Shown here one piece after another: positions 27,672 to 36,479 of a stretch of DNA of 64,000 nt; the first letter of the stretch is position 1; each line of letters starts with the position of its first letter. Position numbers and translations under genes: made by a program. The DNA is from a virus. The notes under the pieces were generated by a model. That model made no database searches. It saw only the letters and a list, made by a program, of their open reading frames with translations, and was not told the origin of the DNA. Location: IMG/VR virus record IMGVR_UViG_3300042261_000762, positions 1-64,000 of that record, one strand, 5' to 3'.

Positions 27672-27803
27672 TTTTCAAAAAAAGTTTGAAATAATTTTTT
27701 TAATAAGCAAACTTTTAGTAATTTTGTCGTATAAATAATGAGAGTAAAATCTCAAAATGGAAAAAATTGACATTTTTGATTAAATATATAAGGAAGTAAG
27801 AAT

Positions 27804-27872
27804 ATGAAAAACATGGTTTATAATATTAATGATTGTATTTATAATGATAAGCGTAAAATGCTGATTGGATGA
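27804..27872 (+). CDS. attenuator leader peptide 3 MKNMVYNINDCIYNDKRKMLIG
   Basis: Codons 6-15 are only Y/N/I/D/C; antiterminator CTGATTGG at 27861-27868. Confidence 0.85.
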   Translation: MKNMVYNINDCIYNDKRKMLIG

Positions 27873-27894
27873 ACTATGTTTGAAGAAGACACGT

Positions 27895-27929
27895 AACCCC
27901 AATCAGAAAAGATTGGGGTTTTTTGTTTT
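27895..27929 (+). terminator. attenuator terminator of array 3
   Basis: AACCCCAATC-agaaaa-GATTGGGGTT plus U tract. Confidence 0.88.
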
Positions 27930-28081
27930 AATAAAGTTCTTTGAATTACTGAAATATTAATAAAGTTGGGTTACGAAATGTCGAAAGATAGTAGTTATTA
28001 AATTAACCGTAATTAGTGGTTCCGATGTAATGACGGAGGAAACGACAGCCACCATAGGTCTGCGCCACCCAGCAAAAATAA

Positions 28082-28462
28082 ATGAAATTAAAAATGGAAA
28101 ATATAAAAGATTTCGCCGAAAAATTAGCAAATCTTACCGTATTAGAATGTTATCAATTGGCGAAGATAATGAAGGAACAATATGGTATAGAACCACAAAC
28201 AAAAGTTCTGGGAGTAAATATTTCTCCTGTTCCTATAAAGGTTGAAAAAACAAATTTTGATGTGATATTAAAATCTGTTGGAACAAGTAATAAATTAACA
28301 CTTGTTAAAACTTTGAAAGAAATGATGGGAAATAGTTTAATGGAAGCAAAAACATTAGTTGATAACGCTCCAAGCAAACTTAAGGAAAATGTGGGTAAAG
28401 AAGAAGCAACCGCACTTGAAGCTTCTCTAAAAGAAATAGGTGCAGAAATAGAAGTTCTTTGA
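28082..28462 (+). CDS. rplL: ribosomal protein bL12 (L7/L12)
   Basis: LTVLE...L...MKEQYGI, EKTNFDVILK, LMEAKTLVDNAP..LKE.V.KEEA..L...L.E.GAEIE. Confidence 0.93.
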   Translation: MKLKMENIKDFAEKLANLTVLECYQLAKIMKEQYGIEPQTKVLGVNISPVPIKVEKTNFDVILKSVGTSNKLTLVKTLKEMMGNSLMEAKTLVDNAPSKLKENVGKEEATALEASLKEIGAEIEVL

Positions 28463-28512
28463 TAGAATGTAAATATTAACAATAAAAGCCACCTTATGGA
28501 GAGGTGGCAAAC

Positions 28513-28587
28513 GGGTGTGTAGCTCAGTTGGTTTAGAGCATCTGTCTGATACACAGAAGGTCGAAGATTCGAGTTCTTCCATACCCA
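28513..28587 (+). tRNA. tRNA-Ile(GAT)
   Basis: TCTGT-ctGATac-ACAGA; identical copy at 29449. Confidence 0.9.
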
Positions 28588-28641
28588 CTGCAGACTGTTA
28601 AAATTTCATAGGCAGCAAATGGAGCGTAGAAATTTACAAAT

Positions 28642-28708
28642 GCCGACGAGCGGGGACAAGCCAGGTCTGTAAAACCTTTGCTAGGGGGTTCGATACCCTC
28701 CGGCGGCA
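28642..28708 (+). tRNA. tRNA-Tyr(GTA), very short (67 nt; reduced D arm, no variable arm)
   Basis: AGGT-ctGTAaa-ACCT, T loop TTCGATA. Confidence 0.7.
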
Positions 28709-28741
28709 CAAAAAAAGAAGTTCTTTAAAATATTGAAAAAT

Positions 28742-28814
28742 GGTAGTGTGTCCGAGTGGCTTTAGGTATTTGTCTGCAAAACAAACTACGGGGGTTCGAA
28801 TCCCTCCACTACCT
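28742..28814 (+). tRNA. tRNA-Cys(GCA)
   Basis: TTTGT-ctGCAaa-ACAAA, U73. Confidence 0.92.
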
Positions 28815-28888
28815 CAAAAATGTTCTTTGAAATCGTGATTTTTTGACTATAAAACTTTTATATATATAATAAAAAAATATAAAATATT

Positions 28889-29458
28889 ATGGTTAAATAT
28901 AAAGATGATATATTAAGATTGCGTGAAAGTGGTCTTTCTTATAATGAAATATCTAAAGAAATAGGATGTTCAAAAGCTTTAATATCGTATCATTGTAAAA
29001 GATATTCTCTCAGTGATATAGGTTTAAGTAATACTAATATAAATGAAAAAGAAAATGAAATAAAAGAGTATTATAAAGATCATTCCAAAAAAGAAACAGC
29101 AGATTTTTTCAAAATATCTGAATCTTCAGTTATTAGGTACTCTGATAAAAAAAGAATAATATTGGATGATAATGAAAGAAAAAAAAGAAATTACATTAGA
29201 GTTTCTAACTTTAGGCAAAGATTAAAAGAAAGAGCAATAGAATATAAAGGCGGAAAATGTGAAATATGTGGATATGATAAATGTAAAAGATCATTAGATT
29301 TTCACCATAGAGATCCAAATGAAAAAGATTTTGGGATAGGGCATTCTAAAGTTCTTAATTGGGATAAAATCAAAAAAGAATTAGATAAATGCGATCTTGT
29401 ATGTAGAAATTGTCACGGTGAAATTCACGATGAATGGGATAAAAATAGGGGTGTGTAG
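28889..29458 (+). CDS. HNH homing endonuclease with N-terminal HTH
   Basis: CEICGY...LDFHHRDP...CDLVCRNCHGEIH; its stop codon lies inside the following tRNA-Ile. Confidence 0.88.
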   Translation: MVKYKDDILRLRESGLSYNEISKEIGCSKALISYHCKRYSLSDIGLSNTNINEKENEIKEYYKDHSKKETADFFKISESSVIRYSDKKRIILDDNERKKRNYIRVSNFRQRLKERAIEYKGGKCEICGYDKCKRSLDFHHRDPNEKDFGIGHSKVLNWDKIKKELDKCDLVCRNCHGEIHDEWDKNRGV

Positions 29459-29523
29459 CTCAGTTGGTTTAGAGCATCTGTCTGATACACAGAAGGTCGA
29501 AGATTCGAGTTCTTCCATACCCA
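29449..29523 (+). tRNA. tRNA-Ile(GAT), duplicate
   Basis: Identical to 28513..28587. Confidence 0.9.
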
Positions 29524-29555
29524 CAATAAAGTTCTTAAAAATAGTTTGACATAAT

Positions 29556-29632
29556 GGACTCAGGGTCTGCTTGGCGTGGACGTCTCCCTGTCACGGAGTA
29601 CAATCAGGAGGGTTCGATTCCCTTTGGGTCCG
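29556..29632 (+). tRNA. tRNA-Asp(GTC)
   Basis: CTCC-ctGTCac-GGAG, G73. Confidence 0.85.
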
Positions 29633-29638
29633 CAAAAT

Positions 29639-29712
29639 GTCTCAGTAGCTACAATGGTTAGAGCGTCTGCCTGTTAAGCAGAGGGTTATAGGTTCGAATC
29701 CTATCTGGGGCG
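29639..29712 (+). tRNA. tRNA-Asn(GTT)
   Basis: TCTGC-ctGTTaa-GCAGA. Confidence 0.92.
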
Positions 29713-29747
29713 CATAAATATTGTTCTTTGAAAGTTTGAAAAATATT

Positions 29748-30664
29748 GACTTTGTTTGGGAAGTTTCTCACCTTCGGGTGGGTAAAGAATAATACATCGC
29801 AAGGTGTAAAAGAGAGGGATGGTCACATACCTCTACCACAATCCTTCGGGAAAGTGGCTCAACCAAACAAGCATCGTCCTACCGTAGCCAACTACGGTCT
29901 TCGATCACCAGTCGGAGATAGGATGTAAGAACGGAACTGGTCCTTTGGAAAGGATAAGTGAGGTAAGCCCCCAGCCGCAAGGTTGGGTAAGGAGCCTCAC
30001 TAATTAGGGAGTGACGCCCCGCCGCCAGTTGGTCAACCGTTCGTTGTCGGAAGGGATAAGGTGTAGTTAATCTGTTCGAGCATACCAACGCAAGGGCTAA
30101 TTAACAGTTCAATAGGTGAAAGGTTTTGAAACTGTAAAAGGGGAATGAACCTGGAGTCTAGAAGAATCGCACAGTAAGGCTAGTAACCTGAAACGTATGT
30201 GTGTGTAGTGCATTTTGTACCTCAAAAGGGTATAGACCACATGAGTGGGCACCACGCGGTGACAAACAGCAAATTTGCTCAGCTGGTAGAGCAATTCTCT
30301 CTTAAAGAATAGGTCGTTGGTTCAAATCCAACATTTGTTTAAAGGAAAGTCCCACTCAACGGTAAGCTGAAAGACGTTTAATTCTTGGCACCGCAAGGTG
30401 AACCAAGAACTCGGAAGGTCCCAAGCTGGAAGAGTTTAGTTGAAAGATGCACCTAATGGTTTAGCGACCATGAACTGCTCGCAAGGCAGGGGGTAATCAG
30501 ATAGCTGAATAGGTTTATCGGTAAAAGTTGAGCCACCAACTCAAAAAGGGCAACGTTGTCGGTAAACAGTCTTGGTGACTGTGGACAAGTTGAGAACCTC
30601 AGAATGGGAATTTTGAGGATAATGCAACAAAGGTATCGACGTCAAGGATGTAGTCTCAGTCCTT
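29748..30664 (+). ncRNA. GOLLD-like giant non-coding RNA containing a tRNA
   Basis: About 900-nt GC-rich stretch with no credible ORF, many GCAA/TTCG-capped hairpins, terminal AAGGA-TGTAGTCTCAG-TCCTT, inside a tRNA array with an embedded tRNA as described for GOLLD. Confidence 0.7.
30268..30340 (+). tRNA. tRNA-Lys(CTT) embedded in the GOLLD-like RNA
   Basis: ATTCT-ctCTTaa-AGAAT; flanked by the GAGTGGG/CCCACTC stem. Confidence 0.8.
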
Positions 30665-30671
30665 TATATAT

Positions 30672-30748
30672 GGCTCCTTAGCTCAGTTGGTTAGAGCATC
30701 TGACTGTTAATCAGAGGGTCCCAGGTTCGAGCCCTGGAGGAGCCGCCA
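30672..30748 (+). tRNA. tRNA-Asn(GTT), encoded CCA
   Basis: Canonical cloverleaf. Confidence 0.95.
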
Positions 30749-30768
30749 AACTTAAAAAATGAAAGGAA

Positions 30769-30890
30769 TGACATAAAATCAATTTGGATAATGGAAACCC
30801 AGCCTGTCTCACTAGCAAGGAAATGAAAGTCCGAATCTTTCTCCGCCAGACTCAAGGAATGGTGTGTGGGTAAAAGCCAAATGATTGTCA
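30769..30890 (+). ncRNA. unidentified structured RNA (about 120 nt)
   Basis: TGACA..AATCA.TTTGG / CCAAA.TGATT.GTCA closure and ACCCA/TGGGT inner stem. Confidence 0.4.
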
Positions 30891-30916
30891 AAAGAGTGTA
30901 ACGAATAAAGAAATAA

Positions 30917-30977
30917 AGAATACTTACAGCAAATTAAAAAACGTGAACTGTAAATTCAACAAAAAGAAAGTATTCTG
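30917..30977 (+). ncRNA. TTACAGCAA-clamp RNA presenting an isolated Tyr(GTA) anticodon arm
   Basis: AGAATACTT-ACAGCAA ... TGAA-ctGTAaa-TTCA ... AAGTATTCT. Confidence 0.55.
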
Positions 30978-31067
30978 TTCTTTGAATTATTGAAGTGAAT
31001 TGAAAAGATGTTACCAACCAACGCCCTCACAGGTGAAACTACAGTGTACAATCGCGATTCACTAAAT

Positions 31068-31153
31068 GGAGATACGATCCGTATGGGAAACGGAGTGGGC
31101 CGTGTGAGGTTCATCAAATCAATGTTAGTATGGTTCAAATCCTACTATCTCCA
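31068..31153 (+). tRNA. degenerate tRNA-like element, anticodon unclear
   Basis: Acceptor GGAGATA/TATCTCC-A, T loop TTCAAAT. Confidence 0.45.
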
Positions 31154-31158
31154 CAAAA

Positions 31159-31238
31159 GGGAGTATTGCATAGTGGCAATTGCTGGGGACTGTAAATCCC
31201 TTCCTTCGGGTTCGGTGGTTCGAGTCCATCTACTCCCA
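31159..31238 (+). tRNA. tRNA-Tyr(GTA)
   Basis: GGGGA-ctGTAaa-TCCCT, variable arm CC-ttcg-GG. Confidence 0.95.
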
Positions 31239-31246
31239 CAAAAAAT

Positions 31247-31320
31247 GGTCTGGTCGTTCAGCTGGTTAGGATGCCGCCCTGTCACGGCGGAGGTCGCGGG
31301 TTCGAGTCCCGTCCAGACCG
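31247..31320 (+). tRNA. tRNA-Asp(GTC)
   Basis: Canonical cloverleaf. Confidence 0.96.
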
Positions 31321-31445
31321 CAAATAGTGTCTCCAACACATTCACGTAAACTATCGGTTGTGTGGGCGAAAAATACCGAACACTATTAATCTTATGTCAA
31401 AAGCATAAGTCACATTGTAATAAACGCGAATAAAATCAATGTGTT

Positions 31446-31518
31446 GGTGCTGAAGTACAATTGGACGTGCACCGCCAGAACGGGGCGGGGGCTGTAGGTT
31501 CGAATCCTGCCAGTGCCA
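31446..31518 (+). tRNA. tRNA-like gene with a non-canonical anticodon loop (agAACgg, no U33)
   Basis: Good acceptor, D and T arms; CCGCC/GGCGG stem. Confidence 0.55.
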
Positions 31519-31690
31519 CTAAAAATGAAATAAAAACAATGAAAGGAATAGTATCATGATGATCTACAACTACAACATAATATCCGCACGGGATGCAATA
31601 TATCTATTCCTTTTATAAAGGAAAGCATAATTATAGGTATAGACGATCCCACAAAGATCGTCTTTTTTTTATAAAAAAAAATATCAAGAT

Positions 31691-31888
31691 ATGGATAGAT
31701 GGAAATTAGAAAAAAGAATAGAGAAAATAATTGATAGTAACTGCAAAGAAATCCCGTGGGAAGGTGACGAAGTAGATAAAACTCAATTAAAATACGATTT
31801 ATTAAATTTAATCGATGAGATTCAAACCGATAAATTAAAAGAAGGAATAATTGAATTGATGAGAAATCGAAATGAAAATGAAGATTGA
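31691..31888 (+). CDS. small hypothetical protein, paralogue of 32071..32319
   Basis: WKLEKRIEKII..NC.E..WEG.EV.K shared. Confidence 0.7.
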   Translation: MDRWKLEKRIEKIIDSNCKEIPWEGDEVDKTQLKYDLLNLIDEIQTDKLKEGIIELMRNRNENED

Positions 31889-31891
31889 ACA

Positions 31892-32089
31892 ATGGAACTA
31901 ACATTAAAAACGAGATTTGGAACTTTAACTGGGATTTTCGAACAAGAAATAAATGGAAATTATTCTTCTTGGTTTAAAGAGAAACCATATATAGTTGCTC
32001 AAGGTAAGAATATAAACGAAGCAATAGATAATTTATATGAAGCTATTGATGTTTTTAAAGAAATTTACATATGGAAAAATGGAAAATAG
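31892..32089 (+). CDS. HicB-like antitoxin domain protein
   Basis: Y.SWF.E.P.IVAQGKNINEAIDNLYEAI matches the HicB N-terminal pattern. Confidence 0.65.
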   Translation: MELTLKTRFGTLTGIFEQEINGNYSSWFKEKPYIVAQGKNINEAIDNLYEAIDVFKEIYIWKNGK

Positions 32090-32319
32090 AAAATAGAATC
32101 GAAGATATAATTGAAAATAATTGTATAGAACACAGATGGGAAGGAACTGAAGTTTACAAACAAAATATTAAAGACGAAGTTATGTCATTAATAGATGAAG
32201 TCAAAAGGGAATTACTTAAAGATTTTGTTTTCGATCAATTTTTCTTCGGTGGTGATACAGATAGTTTCGTACAAAAATTTATTGATAAAAATGAAAAAGG
32301 AAGTAAGGAAAATATTTAA
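32071..32319 (+). CDS. small hypothetical protein
   Basis: Paralogue of 31691..31888. Confidence 0.7.
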   Translation: MEKWKIENRIEDIIENNCIEHRWEGTEVYKQNIKDEVMSLIDEVKRELLKDFVFDQFFFGGDTDSFVQKFIDKNEKGSKENI

Positions 32320-32584
32320 GGAAGAAGTTTTCAAAAGAGACGGATATAAATGTGTCTTTTGTGATAAAGAATCAGTAGACGCTCACCACATAACAGACAG
32401 GCACGAAATGCCGAACGGTGGATATGTAAAAGAGAATGGAATTTCTCTTTGCGGCGATCATCACAGGATTGCAGAAAAATATCACGAATCTTGCGGAAAA
32501 ACTTATATAGAAGGTTTTCATCCTGATCAATTATATAGAAAAATAGGCAGTTCAAAAGAAATAGCAAAACAAAAAAGTATATAA
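32291..32584 (+). CDS. small HNH nuclease
   Basis: VFKRDGYKCVFC...DAHHI...NGISLC..HH; start reassigned to MKKEVRK. Confidence 0.8.
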   Translation: MKKEVRKIFKEEVFKRDGYKCVFCDKESVDAHHITDRHEMPNGGYVKENGISLCGDHHRIAEKYHESCGKTYIEGFHPDQLYRKIGSSKEIAKQKSI

Positions 32585-32792
32585 AAATGAAAGAAAAAAG
32601 TATATTGGAGCCCATATACATAAAAGCGATAGAAGAGTACTATGAACAAGGAGTATCTCTTGCTGGGATAACATCCCTCCTGTATTACAAAGGAGTTACA
32701 GGAATTCAGTATATGGAGCTTCGAAAAAATTGTGTTTAAAGAAATTCAAAGAATAGAATCAAGAAAATCTAAAAGTAAAAAGGAGACATAAA

Positions 32793-33245
32793 ATGAACGA
32801 ATTTAATACAGTAGCATTAGCCTACACAAACGAAAATGGTGAAGTTGTCGCTTGGTCAGCAGACACTTTCGGATCACCGAGAAATTATCCGAAGACATAT
32901 CAAGATTCTGAACAAGTTAGAGATATGCTTTCAAAAAAGTTATCAGATAGAGAAGAATTTGCAAACGGCGCCATTAATGTGGTATCTAAGGCTAATTCTG
33001 GAGCAGGAGCATTAATGGGAGCATCTTTAAGATCAGATAAGAACAAGTTTGCAGAACTTGGTGTTACTGGTTGGGCTTTGGCAGAACTTGAATTACATAC
33101 AGATTACAAGAGAGATCTTGATCTTCCGAAGTGGAGTCAAGTTGTCGAATGTGTTGACAATAAAAAATATAAATTAGTAAACAATTCATGCACATGTGAT
33201 ACTATGTGGGAAAGGCGAAATTCCAATAGTAACCAATTTGTGTGA
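32793..33245 (+). CDS. hypothetical protein
   Basis: ORF track. Confidence 0.7.
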   Translation: MNEFNTVALAYTNENGEVVAWSADTFGSPRNYPKTYQDSEQVRDMLSKKLSDREEFANGAINVVSKANSGAGALMGASLRSDKNKFAELGVTGWALAELELHTDYKRDLDLPKWSQVVECVDNKKYKLVNNSCTCDTMWERRNSNSNQFV

Positions 33246-33272
33246 TTATTGTAAGAAAAGAATATAAACAAA

Positions 33273-35300
33273 ATGAATATAAAAAACAGAAATATAGGAA
33301 TAGTCGCTCATATAGATGCAGGTAAAACTACACTAACTGAGAGAATATTATATTATACTGGTCAAAATCATAAAATGGGCGAGGTACATGATGGTAATAC
33401 TGTCACTGATTTCCTTCCACAGGAACAAGAACGAGGTATTACTATCATGGCTGCTGCCGTTACTACATATTGGAATGACCATAAAATTAATATAATAGAT
33501 ACTCCAGGACACATAGATTTTACTGGCGAAGTAGAACGTTCCCTTAGAGTGTTAGATGGCGCTGTTGTTGTATTCTGTGGAGTTGGTGGTGTGCAACCAC
33601 AATCAGAAACAGTTTGGCGTCAAGCTAATAGATACAAGGTGCCGAGAATAGCGTTTGTTAATAAGATGGATAGAACTGGTGCTGATTTTTTCAATGTAGT
33701 GAATCAAATAGAAAATAGACTCAAATCAAAACCTGTTATAATTCAATTACCCGTTGGTAGTGAAGATAACTTTAAGGGTATTATTGATTTAGTAAATATG
33801 AAATACATTACTTGGAAATCAGAAACTTTAGGTGAGGAATATGAAATTTCCGAAATACCACAAGAATATCTAGATAAAGCTATTTATTATAATGAACAAA
33901 TACTAGAATCTATTTGTGAGCATAACGATGATTTTATGCACAAATACTTAGAATCAGTAGAATTAATAACAAAAGAAGAAATATTAAAAAATCTTAGAGA
34001 TTTAACAATAAATTTTAAGATAGTTCCAGTGTTGTGTGGAACAGCTAAGAAAAATAAAGGAGTACAAACTCTCCTTGATGCTATTGTAGATCTTTTGCCT
34101 TCTCCTAAAGATAGGAATTATATCAAAGCTAAAAAAGAAGGAGAAGATATAGAATTAAGAACAGAAGACGATGAGGTTTTATCTGCTATTGTTTTTAAGA
34201 TAATGACAGATAAAAATGCAGGCAAATTATCTATGATAAGATTATATTCTGGAACACTTAAAGCCGGACAAACAATTTACAATGCTAGAACAGGAAAAGC
34301 CGAAAGAGTATCTAGAATATTTACAATTCAAGCTAATAAAAAGACTGATGTTAAATCAGTTGACGCCGGTGATATTTGTGCAATAGTTGGAGTTAAAGAT
34401 ATATGGACTGGCGATACTTTATGTGAAGATAAGAAAACATTCGAATTAGAAAACATAACTAACGCCAAACCAGTTATATCCATAACTGTTGAGCCTTTGA
34501 CAAATAAAGATACAGATAAATTAAGTTTTGCTTTACAGAAACTATCAGAAGAAGATCCTACTTTCTCAATAAAAGTTGATGAAAATGGACAAACTGTAAT
34601 AAGTGGAATGGGCGAACTTTATCTTGATGTTATATTGAGCAGAATGATAACCGAATTTGGAGTTGAATGTAATACAGGACAACCAAAAGTTTCATATAGA
34701 GAGAATATAACAAAACCAGTTACTCACAGAGAAAGATTATCAAGACAAACAGGCGGTAAAGGTATGTTTGCCGAGATTGAGTATAAAATAGAACCTGTTT
34801 CAGATGAAACAAAAGGATTATCTTTCGAATGGGCAGTTAAAGGCGGCAATGTTCCAAGAGAATATATGTCAACCATAGAAAAATCTTTCAAAGATTGTAT
34901 GGTTAGTGGACCATTAGCTGGTAATGAAATAGAAAGTTTAAAAGTTACTATACTCGATGGAATGACGCACCCTGTAGATTCTAGTCCTTTGGCATTTGAG
35001 ACTTGTGTGAAAATATCATTTCCAAAAGCATACATGAAAGGTGAACCTACTTTATTTGAACCTATAATGGATGAAGAAGTATCAACTCCCGAGGAATATT
35101 TGAGTGATATAATAGGAGAAATGAATAGACGTAGATCACAAGTGATGTCTATAAACACTTTACCAGATTCTACAATATTACTTAGAGCCAAATCGCCATT
35201 GTCTGAAAAATTTGGATTTATAACTACACTTAGAACTTTATCTCAAGGTAGGGCGTCTAATAATTTAACATTTTCACATTATGAAAGGGTAGAAATATGA
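33273..35300 (+). CDS. fusA: elongation factor G
   Basis: [35 protein letters not shown]; full five-domain length. Confidence 0.97.
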   Translation: MNIKNRNIGIVAHIDAGKTTLTERILYYTGQNHKMGEVHDGNTVTDFLPQEQERGITIMAAAVTTYWNDHKINIIDTPGHIDFTGEVERSLRVLDGAVVVFCGVGGVQPQSETVWRQANRYKVPRIAFVNKMDRTGADFFNVVNQIENRLKSKPVIIQLPVGSEDNFKGIIDLVNMKYITWKSETLGEEYEISEIPQEYLDKAIYYNEQILESICEHNDDFMHKYLESVELITKEEILKNLRDLTINFKIVPVLCGTAKKNKGVQTLLDAIVDLLPSPKDRNYIKAKKEGEDIELRTEDDEVLSAIVFKIMTDKNAGKLSMIRLYSGTLKAGQTIYNARTGKAERVSRIFTIQANKKTDVKSVDAGDICAIVGVKDIWTGDTLCEDKKTFELENITNAKPVISITVEPLTNKDTDKLSFALQKLSEEDPTFSIKVDENGQTVISGMGELYLDVILSRMITEFGVECNTGQPKVSYRENITKPVTHRERLSRQTGGKGMFAEIEYKIEPVSDETKGLSFEWAVKGGNVPREYMSTIEKSFKDCMVSGPLAGNEIESLKVTILDGMTHPVDSSPLAFETCVKISFPKAYMKGEPTLFEPIMDEEVSTPEEYLSDIIGEMNRRRSQVMSINTLPDSTILLRAKSPLSEKFGFITTLRTLSQGRASNNLTFSHYERVEI

Positions 35301-35944
35301 AAGAATATCCTCATATAGAATATGGTTATGGAATATATGGCGAAAACGTTTATGCTTTCGATAAACTTGACGGTAGTAATATTCGTGTAGAATGGGATAG
35401 AAAGGCAGCAAAGAAAAGCGATTATACTGGAGGGTTTAATAAATTTGGAACAAGAACTCAAATTATAAGCAAAGAAGATCAAAACTTTGGAGATTCTGTA
35501 GATTTATTTCTTAATAAATATTGCGAGCCTTTGAACAAAATATTCAAGGATGAAAAATATTTTAGAAATATAGATAAGATAACTTTATTCGCAGAATATT
35601 ATGGTCCAAATTCTTTTGCTGGAAGACACGAACCTGATGATGTGAAAGATGTTGTCTTATTTGATGTTTGTCCTTATAAGAAAGGATTTGTTATACCAAA
35701 ATTATTCGTAGAATATTTCGGACATTTACATATTCCTGATGTAATATATATTGGCAATTATAACAAAGAACTAATTCATAATATAAGAAGAGACAATGAT
35801 CTCAAAGAAGGTGTGGTATGTAAAGGTGTAAGAAAAACAAAGGGGAATGACATAGTTTGGATGACCAAGATTAAGACAAACGCTTGGATGGATAGACTAA
35901 AAAATAAATATGGAGAGGAAGCTCTAAAAGAGGAAATGAAATGA
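35297..35944 (+). CDS. ATP-dependent RNA ligase-like nucleotidyltransferase
   Basis: Motif I KLDGSN, III AEYYG, IIIa LFDV, IV EGVV, V KIK. Confidence 0.7.
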   Translation: MKEYPHIEYGYGIYGENVYAFDKLDGSNIRVEWDRKAAKKSDYTGGFNKFGTRTQIISKEDQNFGDSVDLFLNKYCEPLNKIFKDEKYFRNIDKITLFAEYYGPNSFAGRHEPDDVKDVVLFDVCPYKKGFVIPKLFVEYFGHLHIPDVIYIGNYNKELIHNIRRDNDLKEGVVCKGVRKTKGNDIVWMTKIKTNAWMDRLKNKYGEEALKEEMK

Positions 35945-36132
35945 ACAATATAAAAGTTTATATAGATAAAGACGACGATATTGGTGAAATAGTTCATATT
36001 CATAATGTTATAGATAACACATATTTATCTTATCTTAAAAATAATAGAAGGATAACGGTAGAATGTAAAAGTAGAGAAGAGGCATGTAAGGAAATTAAAA
36101 GAATAATGATTAGATTAAGAGAAGTAGATTAA
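35941..36132 (+). CDS. small hypothetical protein
   Basis: ORF track, overlapping start. Confidence 0.55.
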   Translation: MNNIKVYIDKDDDIGEIVHIHNVIDNTYLSYLKNNRRITVECKSREEACKEIKRIMIRLREVD

Positions 36133-36170
36133 TTTTTTTTATAAATTAATATTTCTTATATTTGTATTAA

Positions 36171-36413
36171 GTAATCGTCCGATCTTACGCTGGTGAGATT
36201 CAAATAATCATTAGAGGAAGTTCGCGACTGTACCGCTTAAAGTTGGAGACCTAAACAGTCGTTTGCACAACTGAGACAGCAAGCCAAACAGACCGAGGCG
36301 GTGAGCGGGCCTAAAGGTCGGGTTGGTGCGCCCTCGATATATGGAGAGGGAGGTTTTTCAAAACCTAGATAAATGTAAGATTAGAAACAGGATCGCGGCT
36401 ATGAGATGATTAC
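36171..36413 (+). ncRNA. rnpB: RNase P RNA, minimal (about 243 nt)
   Basis: P1 GTAATCGTC/GATGATTAC; CR-I GAGGAAGTTCGCG; CR-IV TAGATAAATG; CR-V AACAGGATCGCGGCTAT; TAnnTTTG promoter before and terminator after. Confidence 0.8.
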
Positions 36414-36424
36414 AAAAGCGCAGG

Positions 36425-36453
36425 AAAAAAGAGGGATAGTCTCCCTCTTTTTT
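36425..36453 (+). terminator. intrinsic terminator after rnpB
   Basis: AAAAAAGAGGGA-tagtc-TCCCTCTTTTTT. Confidence 0.85.
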
Positions 36454-36479
36454 CATTTTAAATATTAATATATAGGTTT

